Below are positions 28,272 to 38,506 of a DNA stretch of 39,197 nucleotides, piece by piece (position 1 is the first letter of the stretch; each line of letters opens with the position of its first letter). The notes beneath the pieces are model-generated. The model saw only the letters and a program-made list of their open reading frames with translations, was not told the origin of the DNA and did not search any database. Made by a program: the position numbers and the translations under genes. The DNA comes from an uncultured Microbacteriaceae bacterium (GTDB lineage Bacteria > Actinomycetota > Actinomycetes > Actinomycetales > Microbacteriaceae), in NCBI GenBank assembly GCA_943914115.1, contig CALUAU010000001.1, forward strand, positions 1 through 39,197, in the 5' to 3' direction.

Positions 28272-30464
28272 TTACCCATGCGCCGCCCGCGAATAGGCAT
28301 CAACATGGATGCGTGCGCAACGCTCCCAGGTGAACTCAGCCGCGCGCGCCAATCCCGCCGCGCGCAACCCTGCAGCAGAGTCAGCATCGGTCAAGATCTT
28401 TTCGAGCGCATCCGCGAGCGCTGCAGGCTCGGGCTCGGCATACACAACCGCATCCCCACCAACCTCGGGCAGCGCGGTGCGGTTGGTTGTCACCACCGCG
28501 GCCCCGGCCGACATTGCCTCAAGCACCGGAAGCCCGAAGCCCTCCGCAATTGATGGATAACAAAACGCGCTCGCGCCGCCAAGCAGTGAGCGCAGTTCAT
28601 CCAGCGGCAAATAGCCGAGCTCACGCACCCCCGAATCGGCACCTGCCGCATCCAGCAGCTCAATCGCCTCGGCATCCCAACCGCGCTGCCCCGAAATCAG
28701 CAGCAGCGGAGCATCCGCCCCCAGGCGCTGTTGCAGGATGCGGTGCGCGCGAATCAACTGCGCCACCCGTTTGCGCGGCTCAATCGTGCCGAGAAACGCA
28801 ATATAGGGACGGTCGCCAAGCTCGTACTTATCGCGGAAAGCCGCGACCTCGGCTGCGGTTGGTTCGTGAAAAACATTCCGATCAACACCGTGCAGCGCCA
28901 CCGTCATCGCCCGCCGAGGCCGCCCCGCATAGCGTTCAATCTCGCCCGCGGTTGCCGCAGAGGGTGTGATCAGCCACACATCCGCCCGCACCGCCGCACG
29001 AATCCAATTCGTAAAAAAGCGTCGTTTGAGCGCCGTGTGCGCGTCGGGATCAGAAAAGAACGTGGCATCGTGCAGCGTCACCACCCGCCGCAGCGGCGTA
29101 CCCCGCGGAAACGAATAGTGCGGCGAGTGAATCACCTCGGCACGCACCTCACCTGCCAAACGCAACAGGCCCGTCTGCTCCCACGCAAACCGGGCCGCCT
29201 TTTGGGCAATGGCACGCGGCGCCACATGCAGCTCGGCACTCGGTGCCAGCGCGGCGAAATGCTCCTGATGCTCGGCACGGCAAACAAGCACCGGATTGAA
29301 ACCAATCGCCTCAAAACCGGTGAGCAACCCCTCCAAATACCGTCCCACTCCCCCGAGCTGCAACGGAACCGAAGTGAGATCAATCAGCGTGCGTGGCGCC
29401 GGCACATCCCCATCCGCATCCAGATGAACCTGATACTGCAGCGGTGTCGGTTCATCAACTGCCGGCTTGCGACGCTCACCAACCCGCGCGAACACCCCCG
29501 CCAGCGCGCCACGCGCCCGCGCCCGGCCAAGCTCGCGTTCATCCCGCGGTCGGCGCGGATCCGATGCCACCAACGCACCCTTCACCGCTCCGGCAAGCGT
29601 GCGCCCGGTGGCTGCAACCCGCATCCGCACCGGGCCATTACGCCGCGCGTTCCACGCCCGGTTACGGGCATTCCATTCAACAAACCCGGGGCTCGCGGTG
29701 CCAGAGCTCCCCGCGTGCTGATGCACCGAAACCGCATCGGGCACATAGGCAACCGACCAGCCGGCCGCGCGCATCCGCAGCGACAAATCGGTGTCTTCGT
29801 AGTACATGAAATACCGCTCATCAAAACCACCGAGCGCGCGCACCGCCTCAGCCCGCAGCGCACAGGCACCACCGTGAAAACCCAGCACACTACGCGGAAA
29901 CTCGGTGCCAACAGGCGCCAACCAGCCGCGGTCGACACCATTACCCGACCGGGTGAGCTGATTACCGGTCGAGTTAATCAGCCGCTCGCCCCGCTCGCCT
30001 TCGCGGGTGCGACGCCAGCGTGCGCCGTCATGCCCCACAAACACCTCGGCAGCCGTAGTGTCTAACTCTGCCGCAATGAACTCACCCGCCAACTGCACCT
30101 GCGCGGTAACCGCACCCAGCTGCTCATCATTCGCGAGTTCGGTGAGTAGCGCCGCCACAAAACCGGGCTGGTACACCGCATCCTGATTTAGCACCAGATA
30201 GGCATCGGCAGGATACGCCGCCATCGCCCGATTAGCGGCAGCGCCATAACCAAGATTGGTGCGCAGTTCGAGCACTTCAGCCTCGGGTGCTTCCGCCCGG
30301 ATACGCGCAACCGTGTCGTCAGACGAACCGTTATCGGCCGCCACCACTCGACAGCGCATCCCCGCCGGCACGTGCTGGTCGAGCAGTGACCGCACCGCAG
30401 CCACCGCCTCAGCCCCACCATTCCAGGTGACAACAATGGCCGTAGCTGTAACGATTGCGTTCAT
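28272..30464 (-). CDS. Bifunctional GT2 + GT4 fusion glycosyltransferase
   Basis: N-terminal IVVTWNG, DNGSSD, NLGYGAAAN, LNQDA, GGFDERYFMYYEDTDL (WbbL-like GT2); C-terminal GVGRY, VTLHD, GTIEPRK, EGFGLPVLEAM (GT4). Confidence 0.88.
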   Translation of the reverse strand: MNAIVTATAIVVTWNGGAEAVAAVRSLLDQHVPAGMRCRVVAADNGSSDDTVARIRAEAPEAEVLELRTNLGYGAAANRAMAAYPADAYLVLNQDAVYQPGFVAALLTELANDEQLGAVTAQVQLAGEFIAAELDTTAAEVFVGHDGARWRRTREGERGERLINSTGNQLTRSGNGVDRGWLAPVGTEFPRSVLGFHGGACALRAEAVRALGGFDERYFMYYEDTDLSLRMRAAGWSVAYVPDAVSVHQHAGSSGTASPGFVEWNARNRAWNARRNGPVRMRVAATGRTLAGAVKGALVASDPRRPRDERELGRARARGALAGVFARVGERRKPAVDEPTPLQYQVHLDADGDVPAPRTLIDLTSVPLQLGGVGRYLEGLLTGFEAIGFNPVLVCRAEHQEHFAALAPSAELHVAPRAIAQKAARFAWEQTGLLRLAGEVRAEVIHSPHYSFPRGTPLRRVVTLHDATFFSDPDAHTALKRRFFTNWIRAAVRADVWLITPSAATAGEIERYAGRPRRAMTVALHGVDRNVFHEPTAAEVAAFRDKYELGDRPYIAFLGTIEPRKRVAQLIRAHRILQQRLGADAPLLLISGQRGWDAEAIELLDAAGADSGVRELGYLPLDELRSLLGGASAFCYPSIAEGFGLPVLEAMSAGAAVVTTNRTALPEVGGDAVVYAEPEPAALADALEKILTDADSAAGLRAAGLARAAEFTWERCARIHVDAYSRAAHG

Positions 30465-30609
30465 ACCAAAGACGCTACCCTGCTCGGCTGGCAGGCCGAA
30501 ACTTCAGCCCAACTCAGCTATTCCTGCGCCAGCCGAGCGTAACCCCGGTAGGCTAGAGGGCAGTGTTTGCGCCCCCGCGGCGCAGTTTGGGTAACCGAGA
30601 AGGAAAGCA

Positions 30610-31599
30610 ATGAAACTACTCGTGACCGGCGGTGCCGGCTTCATCGGCTCGAACTTCGTCCGTCGTGCGCTGAACGACCAGCTGCCCGGCCTTGAGGGCG
30701 CCGAGATTATCGTGCTCGATGCACTCACCTACTCGGGGGTGCGCGCCAACCTCGACCCGATCGCCGACTCGCCCCGCTACGAGTTCGTGCACGGCAACAT
30801 TTGCGACGCCGAGCTGCTCGACAAACTCATGCCCCGCGTTGACGGCGTGGTGCACTTCGCCGCCGAATCGCACGTCGACCGCTCAGTGCGCGACTCATCA
30901 ATCTTCTTCGAAACCAACGTCATCGGCACTCAGCGCCTGCTCGACGCCGCCCTCAAACACGGTGTCGACCGCTTCGTGCACGTGTCAACCGACGAGGTGT
31001 ACGGCTCGATCGAAGAGGGCGAATGGACTGAAGAGTGGCCGCTCGAACCCAACTCGCCCTACGCCGCATCCAAGGCCAGCAGCGACCTCGTGGCCCGCAG
31101 CTACCACCGCACCCATGGCATGAACATTTCGATCACGCGCTGCTCGAACAACTACGGCCCCTACCACTTCCCCGAAAAACTCATCCCGCTGTTCGTCACC
31201 AACCTGCTCGACGACAAGCACGTGCCCCTCTACGGCACCGGCGAAAACGTGCGCGACTGGCTGCACGTTGACGACCACTGCCGCGGCATCGCACTCGTCT
31301 ATACCAAGGGCCGCGCCGGCGAGGTGTACAACATCGGTGGCGGCACCCAGCTCACCAATGTCGAGATCACCAAGAAAATCCTCGAACTCATGGGCAAAGA
31401 CTGGTCGTACGTCGACCACGTCGAAGACCGCAAGGGCCACGACCTGCGCTACTGCGTCGACATCACCAAAATCCAAAACGAGCTCGGCTACGAGCCCCAG
31501 GTGCCGTTCGAACAGGGCCTCGCCGACGTGGTGCAGTGGTACCGCGACCGTCGCGACTGGTGGGAGCCACTGAAGGAGCGTGCCGCCCTTGAAGGCTAG
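30610..31599 (+). CDS. rmlB: dTDP-glucose 4,6-dehydratase
   Basis: VTGGAGFIGSNF, HFAAESHVDRS, STDEVYG, PNSPYAASKA, RDWLHVDDH. Confidence 0.97.
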   Translation: MKLLVTGGAGFIGSNFVRRALNDQLPGLEGAEIIVLDALTYSGVRANLDPIADSPRYEFVHGNICDAELLDKLMPRVDGVVHFAAESHVDRSVRDSSIFFETNVIGTQRLLDAALKHGVDRFVHVSTDEVYGSIEEGEWTEEWPLEPNSPYAASKASSDLVARSYHRTHGMNISITRCSNNYGPYHFPEKLIPLFVTNLLDDKHVPLYGTGENVRDWLHVDDHCRGIALVYTKGRAGEVYNIGGGTQLTNVEITKKILELMGKDWSYVDHVEDRKGHDLRYCVDITKIQNELGYEPQVPFEQGLADVVQWYRDRRDWWEPLKERAALEG

Positions 31600-32476
31600 C
31601 CAGCGCTACCTCATCACCGGCGCTGCGGGCATGCTGGGGCAAGACCTCCAGCGTGCCCTACAGGGCCGCGACGTCACCGCGCTTCGCCGCACCGACCTCG
31701 ACATCACCGATGCGGCTGCGGTGGCGGCGGCCGTCGCCGGCTACGACGTGGTGATTAACGCCGCCGCATACACCGCTGTCGACCAGGCCGAAACCGATGA
31801 AGCAGCCGCGCAGCTGCTCAACGCAACCGCCGTCGAGCACCTCGCAAAAGCCGCCGCCGAAACTGGCGCCAAGTTCGTGCACTTCTCTACCGACTACGTG
31901 TTTCAGGGCGACGCCAGCGAACCATACGACGAAGACGCACCCCGCGACCCGCTCAACGCCTACGGGCGCACCAAAGCCGACGGTGAAGTGGCGGCGCTCG
32001 CCGCGCATCCCGACGGCACCTACATCATCCGCACCGCCTGGCTCTACGGCGCCGCCGGCGGCAATTTCGCCAAAACCATGGTGAAACTCGCCGGCTCGCA
32101 TCCCGAAATTACCGTGGTGGATGATCAACGCGGCCAGCCCACCTACACGCGCGACCTCGCCGAACAAACCGTTCGACTACTGGATGCGAATGGTCCCGTC
32201 GGCATCTACCACGGCACCTCGTCGGGCGAGTGCACCTGGTTCGACTTCGCGCGCGAAATATTCCAGCTCACCGGCAACGACCCCGCTCGAGTCAAACCCA
32301 CCGACTCGAGCGCATTCGTTCGCCCCGCCGCCCGCCCCGCCTACTCGGTGCTCGGGCACCGCCGCTGGCACGAGGCAGGCATCGACCCCATCCGCGATTG
32401 GCGCGAAGCGATCGCCGCAGCCGCAGCCGACGGCGTGCTCGTCGTCGAACCCACACCGGTCGCCGAGGTTCACTAG
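31580..32476 (+). CDS. rmlD: dTDP-4-dehydrorhamnose reductase
   Basis: ITGAAGMLG, NAAAYTAVD, STDYVF, YGRTK, VVDDQRGQPT, RPAYSVL; exact start uncertain. Confidence 0.95.
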   Translation: MPPLKASQRYLITGAAGMLGQDLQRALQGRDVTALRRTDLDITDAAAVAAAVAGYDVVINAAAYTAVDQAETDEAAAQLLNATAVEHLAKAAAETGAKFVHFSTDYVFQGDASEPYDEDAPRDPLNAYGRTKADGEVAALAAHPDGTYIIRTAWLYGAAGGNFAKTMVKLAGSHPEITVVDDQRGQPTYTRDLAEQTVRLLDANGPVGIYHGTSSGECTWFDFAREIFQLTGNDPARVKPTDSSAFVRPAARPAYSVLGHRRWHEAGIDPIRDWREAIAAAAADGVLVVEPTPVAEVH

Positions 32477-32482
32477 CAGCAC

Positions 32483-33625
32483 ATGGTCACACTGAATTTC
32501 GTCGTCGATCAACTCACCGCCGAAGTACCCGGTGGGATCGGTCGATACACCGAAAATCTGGTGCGCGAGGTGATTCGACGTGCCCCGCACGATTGCGATG
32601 TAGCGGGAATTACCTCGTTCATCTCGGATGAGCAACGCTCGGCACTGCTCGACCGGCTGCCGGGCCTTGAATCGGTGCGCATGTCACGCCTCAACCGCAA
32701 GATGCTCTCGCAGGCGTGGCGAAACGGCATGTTCACCAACGCCTTTGGTGGTGGACTATTTCACTCACCCAGCCTGCTGGCCCCGCTGCGGCCGCTCGAA
32801 AGCGGCGACCCAGCCCAAGTTGTGGTAACCATCCACGACACAGTGCCGTGGACGCATCCCGAAACCCTCACCCCCAACGGAGTGCGGTGGCACAAGGCGA
32901 TGCTCAAACGCGCCTGGAACTACGCCGCCGCTGTCGTTACCCCCACGCACGCCGTCGCCGAACAGGTGGCCCAGCTGCACAATTTTGGCGACCGGCTGCG
33001 GGTGATTCCCGGCGCCGCATCCCCCGACATTCAACTGCCCGATGAAGCCACTCAGCAGGCCATCGCCCAGCATTTCCAACTGCCCGACACCTTCATCCTG
33101 GCTATCGGCACGCTCGAACCACGCAAGGGAATCGACCGGCTACTGCAAGCGATGGCGCAGCCGCGACTGCGGGATGCGCAGCTCGTGCATGTGGGGCCCG
33201 AAGGCTGGGGCGAAGTCGATCTCGATTCGCTCTGCGCCGCCGCCAATGTCGACCGGGCGCGCGTGCGCAACCTCGGCTTTGTGAACGATACCGAGCTCGC
33301 CGTTGTGCTCGACCGCGCCACTGTGCTGTGCATGCCCTCGCTCGACGAGGGCTTCGGGCTGCCCATTCTTGAGGCGTTCCGGGCCGGCACCCCCGTGGTG
33401 CACAGTGATGTGCCGGCGTTGATGGAAGTGTCGCAGGGTGCATCCCTGCACGTCGGCCTCGGTAACGAAACGAGCTTTGTGGAACGCCTGTCGATCGCGC
33501 TATCGAATGTGCTCGGCGACCGCGAGCTGCGCGAGAGCCTGGTACTAGCGGGGCAAGACCGCCACCCGATCTACTCGTGGGCCTACTCGGCCGACCTCGT
33601 CTGGCAGCTGCACGCCGACCTCTAG
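32483..33625 (+). CDS. GT4 glycosyltransferase
   Basis: GGIGRY, VTIHD, GTLEPRKG, EGFGLPILEAF. Confidence 0.92.
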   Translation: MVTLNFVVDQLTAEVPGGIGRYTENLVREVIRRAPHDCDVAGITSFISDEQRSALLDRLPGLESVRMSRLNRKMLSQAWRNGMFTNAFGGGLFHSPSLLAPLRPLESGDPAQVVVTIHDTVPWTHPETLTPNGVRWHKAMLKRAWNYAAAVVTPTHAVAEQVAQLHNFGDRLRVIPGAASPDIQLPDEATQQAIAQHFQLPDTFILAIGTLEPRKGIDRLLQAMAQPRLRDAQLVHVGPEGWGEVDLDSLCAAANVDRARVRNLGFVNDTELAVVLDRATVLCMPSLDEGFGLPILEAFRAGTPVVHSDVPALMEVSQGASLHVGLGNETSFVERLSIALSNVLGDRELRESLVLAGQDRHPIYSWAYSADLVWQLHADL

Positions 33626-33703
33626 CCGCGTGCCGGCGTGAGCGGATGCCCGCCGCACCCTCGTCGCCTCGCATCCCCGTTTGCACCCCACTTTTTGCCC
33701 TCG

Positions 33704-33769
33704 TGTGTGTCTCCGCGTCAAATGTGTGTGCTCTGCCACATACAAATGACGCGAACCCACACAAATCCG
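33704..33769. repeat. 66-bp palindromic REP-like repeat, copy 1 (downstream of the nuclease-like gene)
   Basis: TGTGTGTCTCCGCGTCA-aatgtgtgtgctctgccacatacaaa-TGACGCGAACCCACACAAATCCG. Confidence 0.85.
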
Positions 33770-33821
33770 TGGAGGCCGATGCCGAACGCAGCGCACGGCG
33801 GGCACTGCGCGCAAAGAGCGA

Positions 33822-34796
33822 CTACGCGACGAGAAAGCTCCAGTCGGGCTGCTCCGGAGGCCGAAGCGGCTCGATCACAACGTGACCGCGCGGTGCAGGC
33901 AACGTGCGCGCCCGCTCAAAGCCGCGCTCAAGCATCCGAATAAATTTTTGGGGATGCTGCAGGTCGCGCCACATCCAGCGCACCATCTCCCACCCGGCCG
34001 CGCGCAACCGTGCCTCTCGCTGCTTCTCAGCCATCACCGTCGACACCGCATCCTCACCTGGCGCAAGCAACTTTCCATACTTGACTCTGCCGTCAAACTC
34101 GCCCAGCACCCCGGCACGCGAGGCGAAATCGGTGCGGGCCAAAAACTCGCCGTTTTCGTCGAGAATCGTTGCCTGCTGCAGATCGAATTCGACCCCGTGC
34201 TCGATCATCAAATATCTACTCCACGACTCGGCATAGCTTTCGGCCCGATCACTCGCGTGCGTTTTCACCCAGCGCAAGGTGCGCCGGTGGCGCAGCGGTT
34301 CATCCAACGCATCGAAACTCGCACCAAACCTCAACACCGCATCGGCCGCCGCCAGCAGTTCGTGACCAGACACCAGCGAAGCGAGGTCTTGGAGCGTTCG
34401 CTCAAGCGTCGTCACCCTCAGCCCGTACATCTCGGCGACATCCGCATCTTTAAGTCGCGACCGCATGACCCGCAAACCCGCAACCGGCGGAGAGGCGCTC
34501 GATCGGTTCACAGTGACCGGCCCGCTCAGCCGAGAGTTGAGTAGCGGTAAGCCGTGGATCGCGGCGGCGCTGACGCCGCACGCTACAGCGGTGTTGGATG
34601 CACCAACAACGGCAATCGTGCGCGCCACATGTTGCGTGGTCGGCGCGAGCGAATCCCAATCGTCACTAGCAATTTCAACGTAGGCCCCGCGATACACGCG
34701 GTGGATTTCACCCCGCCGCAGGCGCCGACGAAGCGTTTCGGGGCGGTAGTCACCAATCGAATGAGCCGCAGGTCGAATAATGCGCATGCGCATCAT
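33822..34796 (-). CDS. AbiEi-like N-terminal domain plus C-terminal PD-(D/E)XK (DUF559/Vsr-like) nuclease-fold protein
   Basis: LRRGEIHRVYRGAY, SAAAIHGLP, LRVTTLERTLQDL, AESYAES, ARTDFA...GEFDGRVKY and EKQREARLRAAGWEMVRW motifs; start probably one of the ATGs at 34787-34796 rather than 34853. Confidence 0.8.
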   Translation of the reverse strand: MMRMRIIRPAAHSIGDYRPETLRRRLRRGEIHRVYRGAYVEIASDDWDSLAPTTQHVARTIAVVGASNTAVACGVSAAAIHGLPLLNSRLSGPVTVNRSSASPPVAGLRVMRSRLKDADVAEMYGLRVTTLERTLQDLASLVSGHELLAAADAVLRFGASFDALDEPLRHRRTLRWVKTHASDRAESYAESWSRYLMIEHGVEFDLQQATILDENGEFLARTDFASRAGVLGEFDGRVKYGKLLAPGEDAVSTVMAEKQREARLRAAGWEMVRWMWRDLQHPQKFIRMLERGFERARTLPAPRGHVVIEPLRPPEQPDWSFLVA

Positions 34797-34838
34797 TTGA
34801 CGGTATTCGGATGCGTTCCGCTGCAGCGCGTGCGGTCG

Positions 34839-34862
34839 CTGTGGATAGGTCACAATCCACAG
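34839..34862. promoter_or_regulatory. 8-8-8 inverted repeat upstream of the nuclease-like gene (operator or paired DnaA-box-like sites)
   Basis: CTGTGGAT-aggtcaca-ATCCACAG. Confidence 0.5.
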
Positions 34863-34956
34863 GGGTGCCGGTGCTGTCGTGCTCGCTGCGCTGCGCCGCG
34901 CCTGCGCTCACCGCGTGCACGCACGCCGTGCCACCCAAGAGCACCCGCCCGCCTCC

Positions 34957-35022
34957 TGTGTGCATCCGCGTCATTTGTATGTGGCACAACACACACAATT
35001 AACGCGAACCCACACAAATCCG
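34957..35022. repeat. 66-bp palindromic REP-like repeat, copy 2 (upstream of the nuclease-like gene)
   Basis: TGTGTGCATCCGCGTCA-tttgtatgtggcacaacacacacaat-TAACGCGAACCCACACAAATCCG. Confidence 0.85.
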
Positions 35023-35165
35023 GTTGAAGACGAGTGCACGTGTGCATGAGGGGCGCTGGCGGCGGGGCGGCGCACGGGTGGATGCACGCGACGCGACGGT
35101 GCAGGGCGCGGCGCGGCAGCACACACGCGGCACCGCGATGCAGCGCGCCACGCCACGCCGCGCGC

Positions 35166-36545
35166 CTACTCTGCGGGCACTTCGGTTGGCTGCGGCTTGC
35201 CGTCGAGCGCATCCCGGATCGCCGAGCGCGCAACGTCATAATCGACGAAGTCGGCTTCGGGATCCACCAGCGGCGGCGCGAGCGTAACCCGCGAATTATC
35301 GTCGCGACCGCGCGATTTCAACGCCAAATCAGCAATCAGCCCCGCGGCGCCCTGCGGAATATCAGTCTGCACCACCTCATCAACCGCCTTCATGATCTGG
35401 CTCCCACGGCTAAACATCTTGCCCGGCAGCTGAGCGATCACCGCATCCTGTAACTGACGCTGACGCTGCATCCGGTCGTAGTCGGTGGTCTCATAACGCG
35501 AACGCGCGTACCACAGCGCCAGCTCACCGTTGAGCCGCTGCTTCCCCGGCTCGATATACGCCGACGGCGGCTGCCAATTGGGGTTCGTTCCGTCATCGTT
35601 GATGCCGAGACCAACGCGCTCTTGCACATCCACCTCGACGCCGCCCATCGCATCGATGAGCTCCGCAAAACCGGCCATATCCACCAGCACGTAATAGTGA
35701 ATGTCGAGCCCGGTGATCCACTCCACCGCGTCTCGCGTCGCCTCGATACCGCGCTCAGAACCGTGTTCTTCCGCATCCTGATACATGTCGTAGTCGTACA
35801 CCTCTACCTCGGTGTACACCGAGTTGAGGTAGCAAACATCCACATTGCAATCGGAGTAGTCGTCGCCATACATATCGCGCATCGGCCCGTCAACAAACCC
35901 GAAGCCGTGCAGCACACGCGGCAGCCCAATCGTGACCAGCTGCCCCGACCACATGTCGAAACTCATCACACTGATCGAGTCAGGACGCGACCCCTCACGA
36001 TCCTCACCGCGGTCGGCGCCGAGCACCATGATGTTGATGCGGCCATCCGACGGCAGCGTCAGCCCAGCTTTCTTGCCACCAAACAGTGCCTGCACGGTCG
36101 ACTGCACCTGACCAACCTGCGCCCACGCAAACACACCCGCGAACATCGGCAGCGCGCCGAGCAGCACAGCAACCAGTAACACGAGGCCGCGCGCGAATGC
36201 ATCCACTTTCACCAGCCGCGCCTGCCGCACCGTCTCGATCATCGTGACCAGCATCCACAGACCGTAAGCGAACAGCAGCCATTTCAAAATCGCGAGCCCC
36301 CAGGCGGTGGTGAGCACGAACAGCAGCGGCCCGCGCAGCAGCAGCGCCATCACCAGCACCACCAGCAGGGTGATGATCGCGCCCAGCCACACGCGCAGCG
36401 CAGCCCGACCAAACCGCCGGTTACCCGCCAGCAGCGGGCCGATGCCTGGAATCAACAGGTTTGCAAATACGAGCCACCACGCCCGCCTCGTCATGAACTC
36501 GGGCGAGCCGGTGTCGGGATGCTTGAGCGGTAGCGCGTTAGACAT
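35166..36545 (-). CDS. LCP (LytR-CpsA-Psr) family glycopolymer-peptidoglycan transferase with N-terminal TM region
   Basis: INIMVLGAD...[34 protein letters not shown]...[11 protein letters not shown] 36545 overlaps the purE stop. Confidence 0.92.
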   Translation of the reverse strand: MSNALPLKHPDTGSPEFMTRRAWWLVFANLLIPGIGPLLAGNRRFGRAALRVWLGAIITLLVVLVMALLLRGPLLFVLTTAWGLAILKWLLFAYGLWMLVTMIETVRQARLVKVDAFARGLVLLVAVLLGALPMFAGVFAWAQVGQVQSTVQALFGGKKAGLTLPSDGRINIMVLGADRGEDREGSRPDSISVMSFDMWSGQLVTIGLPRVLHGFGFVDGPMRDMYGDDYSDCNVDVCYLNSVYTEVEVYDYDMYQDAEEHGSERGIEATRDAVEWITGLDIHYYVLVDMAGFAELIDAMGGVEVDVQERVGLGINDDGTNPNWQPPSAYIEPGKQRLNGELALWYARSRYETTDYDRMQRQRQLQDAVIAQLPGKMFSRGSQIMKAVDEVVQTDIPQGAAGLIADLALKSRGRDDNSRVTLAPPLVDPEADFVDYDVARSAIRDALDGKPQPTEVPAE

Positions 36546-37044
36546 CAAGCTGCGCCTGCAGTGCCGCGTTCTTGTCGGCAACCATCGCGGTCAGGTTATC
36601 GGCATATTCCTGCAGGCGGTCGGCGAGCTGCGGGTCGGATGCGCTAAGCATACGGGCTGCGAGAATGCCGGCATTCTTGGCGCCACCAATCGATACTGTG
36701 GCAACCGGAATCCCGGCGGGCATCTGCACGATCGACAGCAGCGAATCCATCCCGTCAAGGTATTTGAGCGGCACCGGCACGCCGATCACCGGCAGCGTCG
36801 TCATCGACGCCACCATGCCCGGCAGATGCGCCGCACCACCAGCGCCGGCGATGATCACCTGCACGCCGCGCCCACGCGCCGCGCGCGCGTATTCAACCAT
36901 CTTGTCGGGTGTGCGGTGGGCTGAAACCACTTCAACTTCGGCGGCGACGCCGAGTTCGTTCAGGATGTCGTGAGCCTCGTGCATGACGCGCCAGTCACTA
37001 TCCGATCCCATAATGATGCCCACGCGGGGCCCGGCTGCCGTCAT
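36538..37044 (-). CDS. purE: N5-CAIR mutase
   Basis: [47 protein letters not shown] 37044 after GGGAG. Confidence 0.97.
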   Translation of the reverse strand: MTAAGPRVGIIMGSDSDWRVMHEAHDILNELGVAAEVEVVSAHRTPDKMVEYARAARGRGVQVIIAGAGGAAHLPGMVASMTTLPVIGVPVPLKYLDGMDSLLSIVQMPAGIPVATVSIGGAKNAGILAARMLSASDPQLADRLQEYADNLTAMVADKNAALQAQLDV

Positions 37045-37094
37045 CGATTTGCTCCCGTCTTGTTTTTGCGGTTGAGTTGTGCGACCCACCCGAG

Positions 37095-38225
37095 CTAGTT
37101 GTCGAGGTCGTTAAATAGTTCGGCGGCGGCGCGCGCCTGGTACACAACTTCGTCTAGGTCATCACCAATCATCGTCACGTGACCCACCTTGCGGCCGGGG
37201 CGCGCCGACTTTCCGTAAGTGTGCAGCTTCACAGCGGGATGCGTGCGCCACACTTTCGCGAATCGGTCGGTAATCGCTTCGTGTTGCGGGCCGCCGAGAA
37301 TGTTCGCCATCACCGCGTGCTTGGCGATCGCGTCGGTGGCGCCCAGCGGCCAGTCGAGCACCGCGCGCAGGTGCTGCTCGAACTGGCTGGTGATCGACCC
37401 GTCGATGGTCCAGTGCCCCGAGTTGTGAGGGCGCATTGCCAGCTCGTTAATGAGTAGCCGGTCGTCGCTGGTTTCAAACATTTCGACCGCGAAGGTGCCG
37501 GTGATGCCGAGCCCTTCCGCTACCTGTTTGGCGATTTCGGCAGCAACCTCACGCATCCGCGGTGTCGCCGAGGGCGCCGGTGCATACACCTCATTGCACA
37601 CGCCATCGCGCTGCACGGTTTCGACCACATCCCACACCCGCAGTTCGCCGCTGGGGCGACGCGCCCCCAGCTGGGCGAGTTCGCAGCGAAAATCGACGCG
37701 CTCTTCCACAAGCAGCTGGTCGAACTGGGCAAACCAGTCGGCGGTTTGGTCGCCGCTGGTAACAATGCGCACACCCTTCCCGTCGTAGCCGCCGCGCGGG
37801 GTTTTCAACACCGCGGCCCCGTCGTGCTCGTCGATGAACGCCTGCAGCTGCTCGGGTGAAGCCACCGCCGCCCACTCGGGAATCGGCGCTCCCAGTTCGG
37901 CAAGCATCTCGCGCATCCGCAGCTTGTCTTGGGCTGCGATCAGCGCGTCGGGGCCGGGATGCACGGCGATCGATTCGGCGGTGAGGGCGCGCAGCACCTC
38001 TTGCGGCACATGTTCGTGATCGAACGTCACCACATCCACGCCGCGGGCGAAGTCGAGCACGGTCGGGATGTCTTTATAGTCACCCACCGCTGTGGCAGCC
38101 AGACGCGCTGATGAGCCTTCTGCCTCGGCCAGTACACGGATCTCGACTCCGAGCGCCGATGCCGCCGGCACCATCATGCGGGCAAGCTGTCCGCCACCAA
38201 TCACGCCTACTGTGGGTACGGGCAT
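37095..38225 (-). CDS. purK: N5-CAIR synthase (ATP-grasp)
   Basis: [57 protein letters not shown]; start placed at ATG 38225. Confidence 0.96.
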   Translation of the reverse strand: MPVPTVGVIGGGQLARMMVPAASALGVEIRVLAEAEGSSARLAATAVGDYKDIPTVLDFARGVDVVTFDHEHVPQEVLRALTAESIAVHPGPDALIAAQDKLRMREMLAELGAPIPEWAAVASPEQLQAFIDEHDGAAVLKTPRGGYDGKGVRIVTSGDQTADWFAQFDQLLVEERVDFRCELAQLGARRPSGELRVWDVVETVQRDGVCNEVYAPAPSATPRMREVAAEIAKQVAEGLGITGTFAVEMFETSDDRLLINELAMRPHNSGHWTIDGSITSQFEQHLRAVLDWPLGATDAIAKHAVMANILGGPQHEAITDRFAKVWRTHPAVKLHTYGKSARPGRKVGHVTMIGDDLDEVVYQARAAAELFNDLDN

Positions 38226-38506
38226 CGTGCATCGCCTTTCGCATCGAGGTGTGGGGTTCTTCCGCCCTATTCTGCCACCGGGCACATTGGCAGCGCTGCA
38301 GCAGCACTGGCGGGGATGCGGATCGTTCGCCTTTTGAGATGCGTGCGGGATGCGTGTTCGGTGCGCGCAAGCTGAAAGGTTGCGCGCCGCTAACGATTTG
38401 CGGCAATTCGGTGCACGAACCGTGCGTCTAACAGGATGGGCGACTAGGCTGCAACGAGGCCGGTGAATCGTTTTGTCGGTCCAAGCAGCTCCGAAAGATT
38501 GTCCCT

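Noticed and set aside
28731..30065. Long antisense or alternate-frame ORFs (this 444-aa ORF, 18222-19217, 20176-20913 and similar)
   Set aside because: Shadow ORFs of well-supported opposite-strand genes in high-GC DNA; Arg/His/Pro-rich and without recognisable motifs.
33822..34853. Complete AbiE type IV toxin-antitoxin system
   Set aside because: No adjacent AbiEii nucleotidyltransferase gene; the neighbours are a GT4 gene and LCP.
33704..35022. CRISPR array or classical IS element
   Set aside because: Only two repeat copies 1.25 kb apart, no spacers or cas genes, no DDE or HUH transposase motifs, and no evident target-site duplication.
35030..35165. GC-rich degenerate repeats between repeat copy 2 and the LCP stop
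   Set aside because: Low-complexity GCGC/GCAC sequence with no definable unit or perfect stem.
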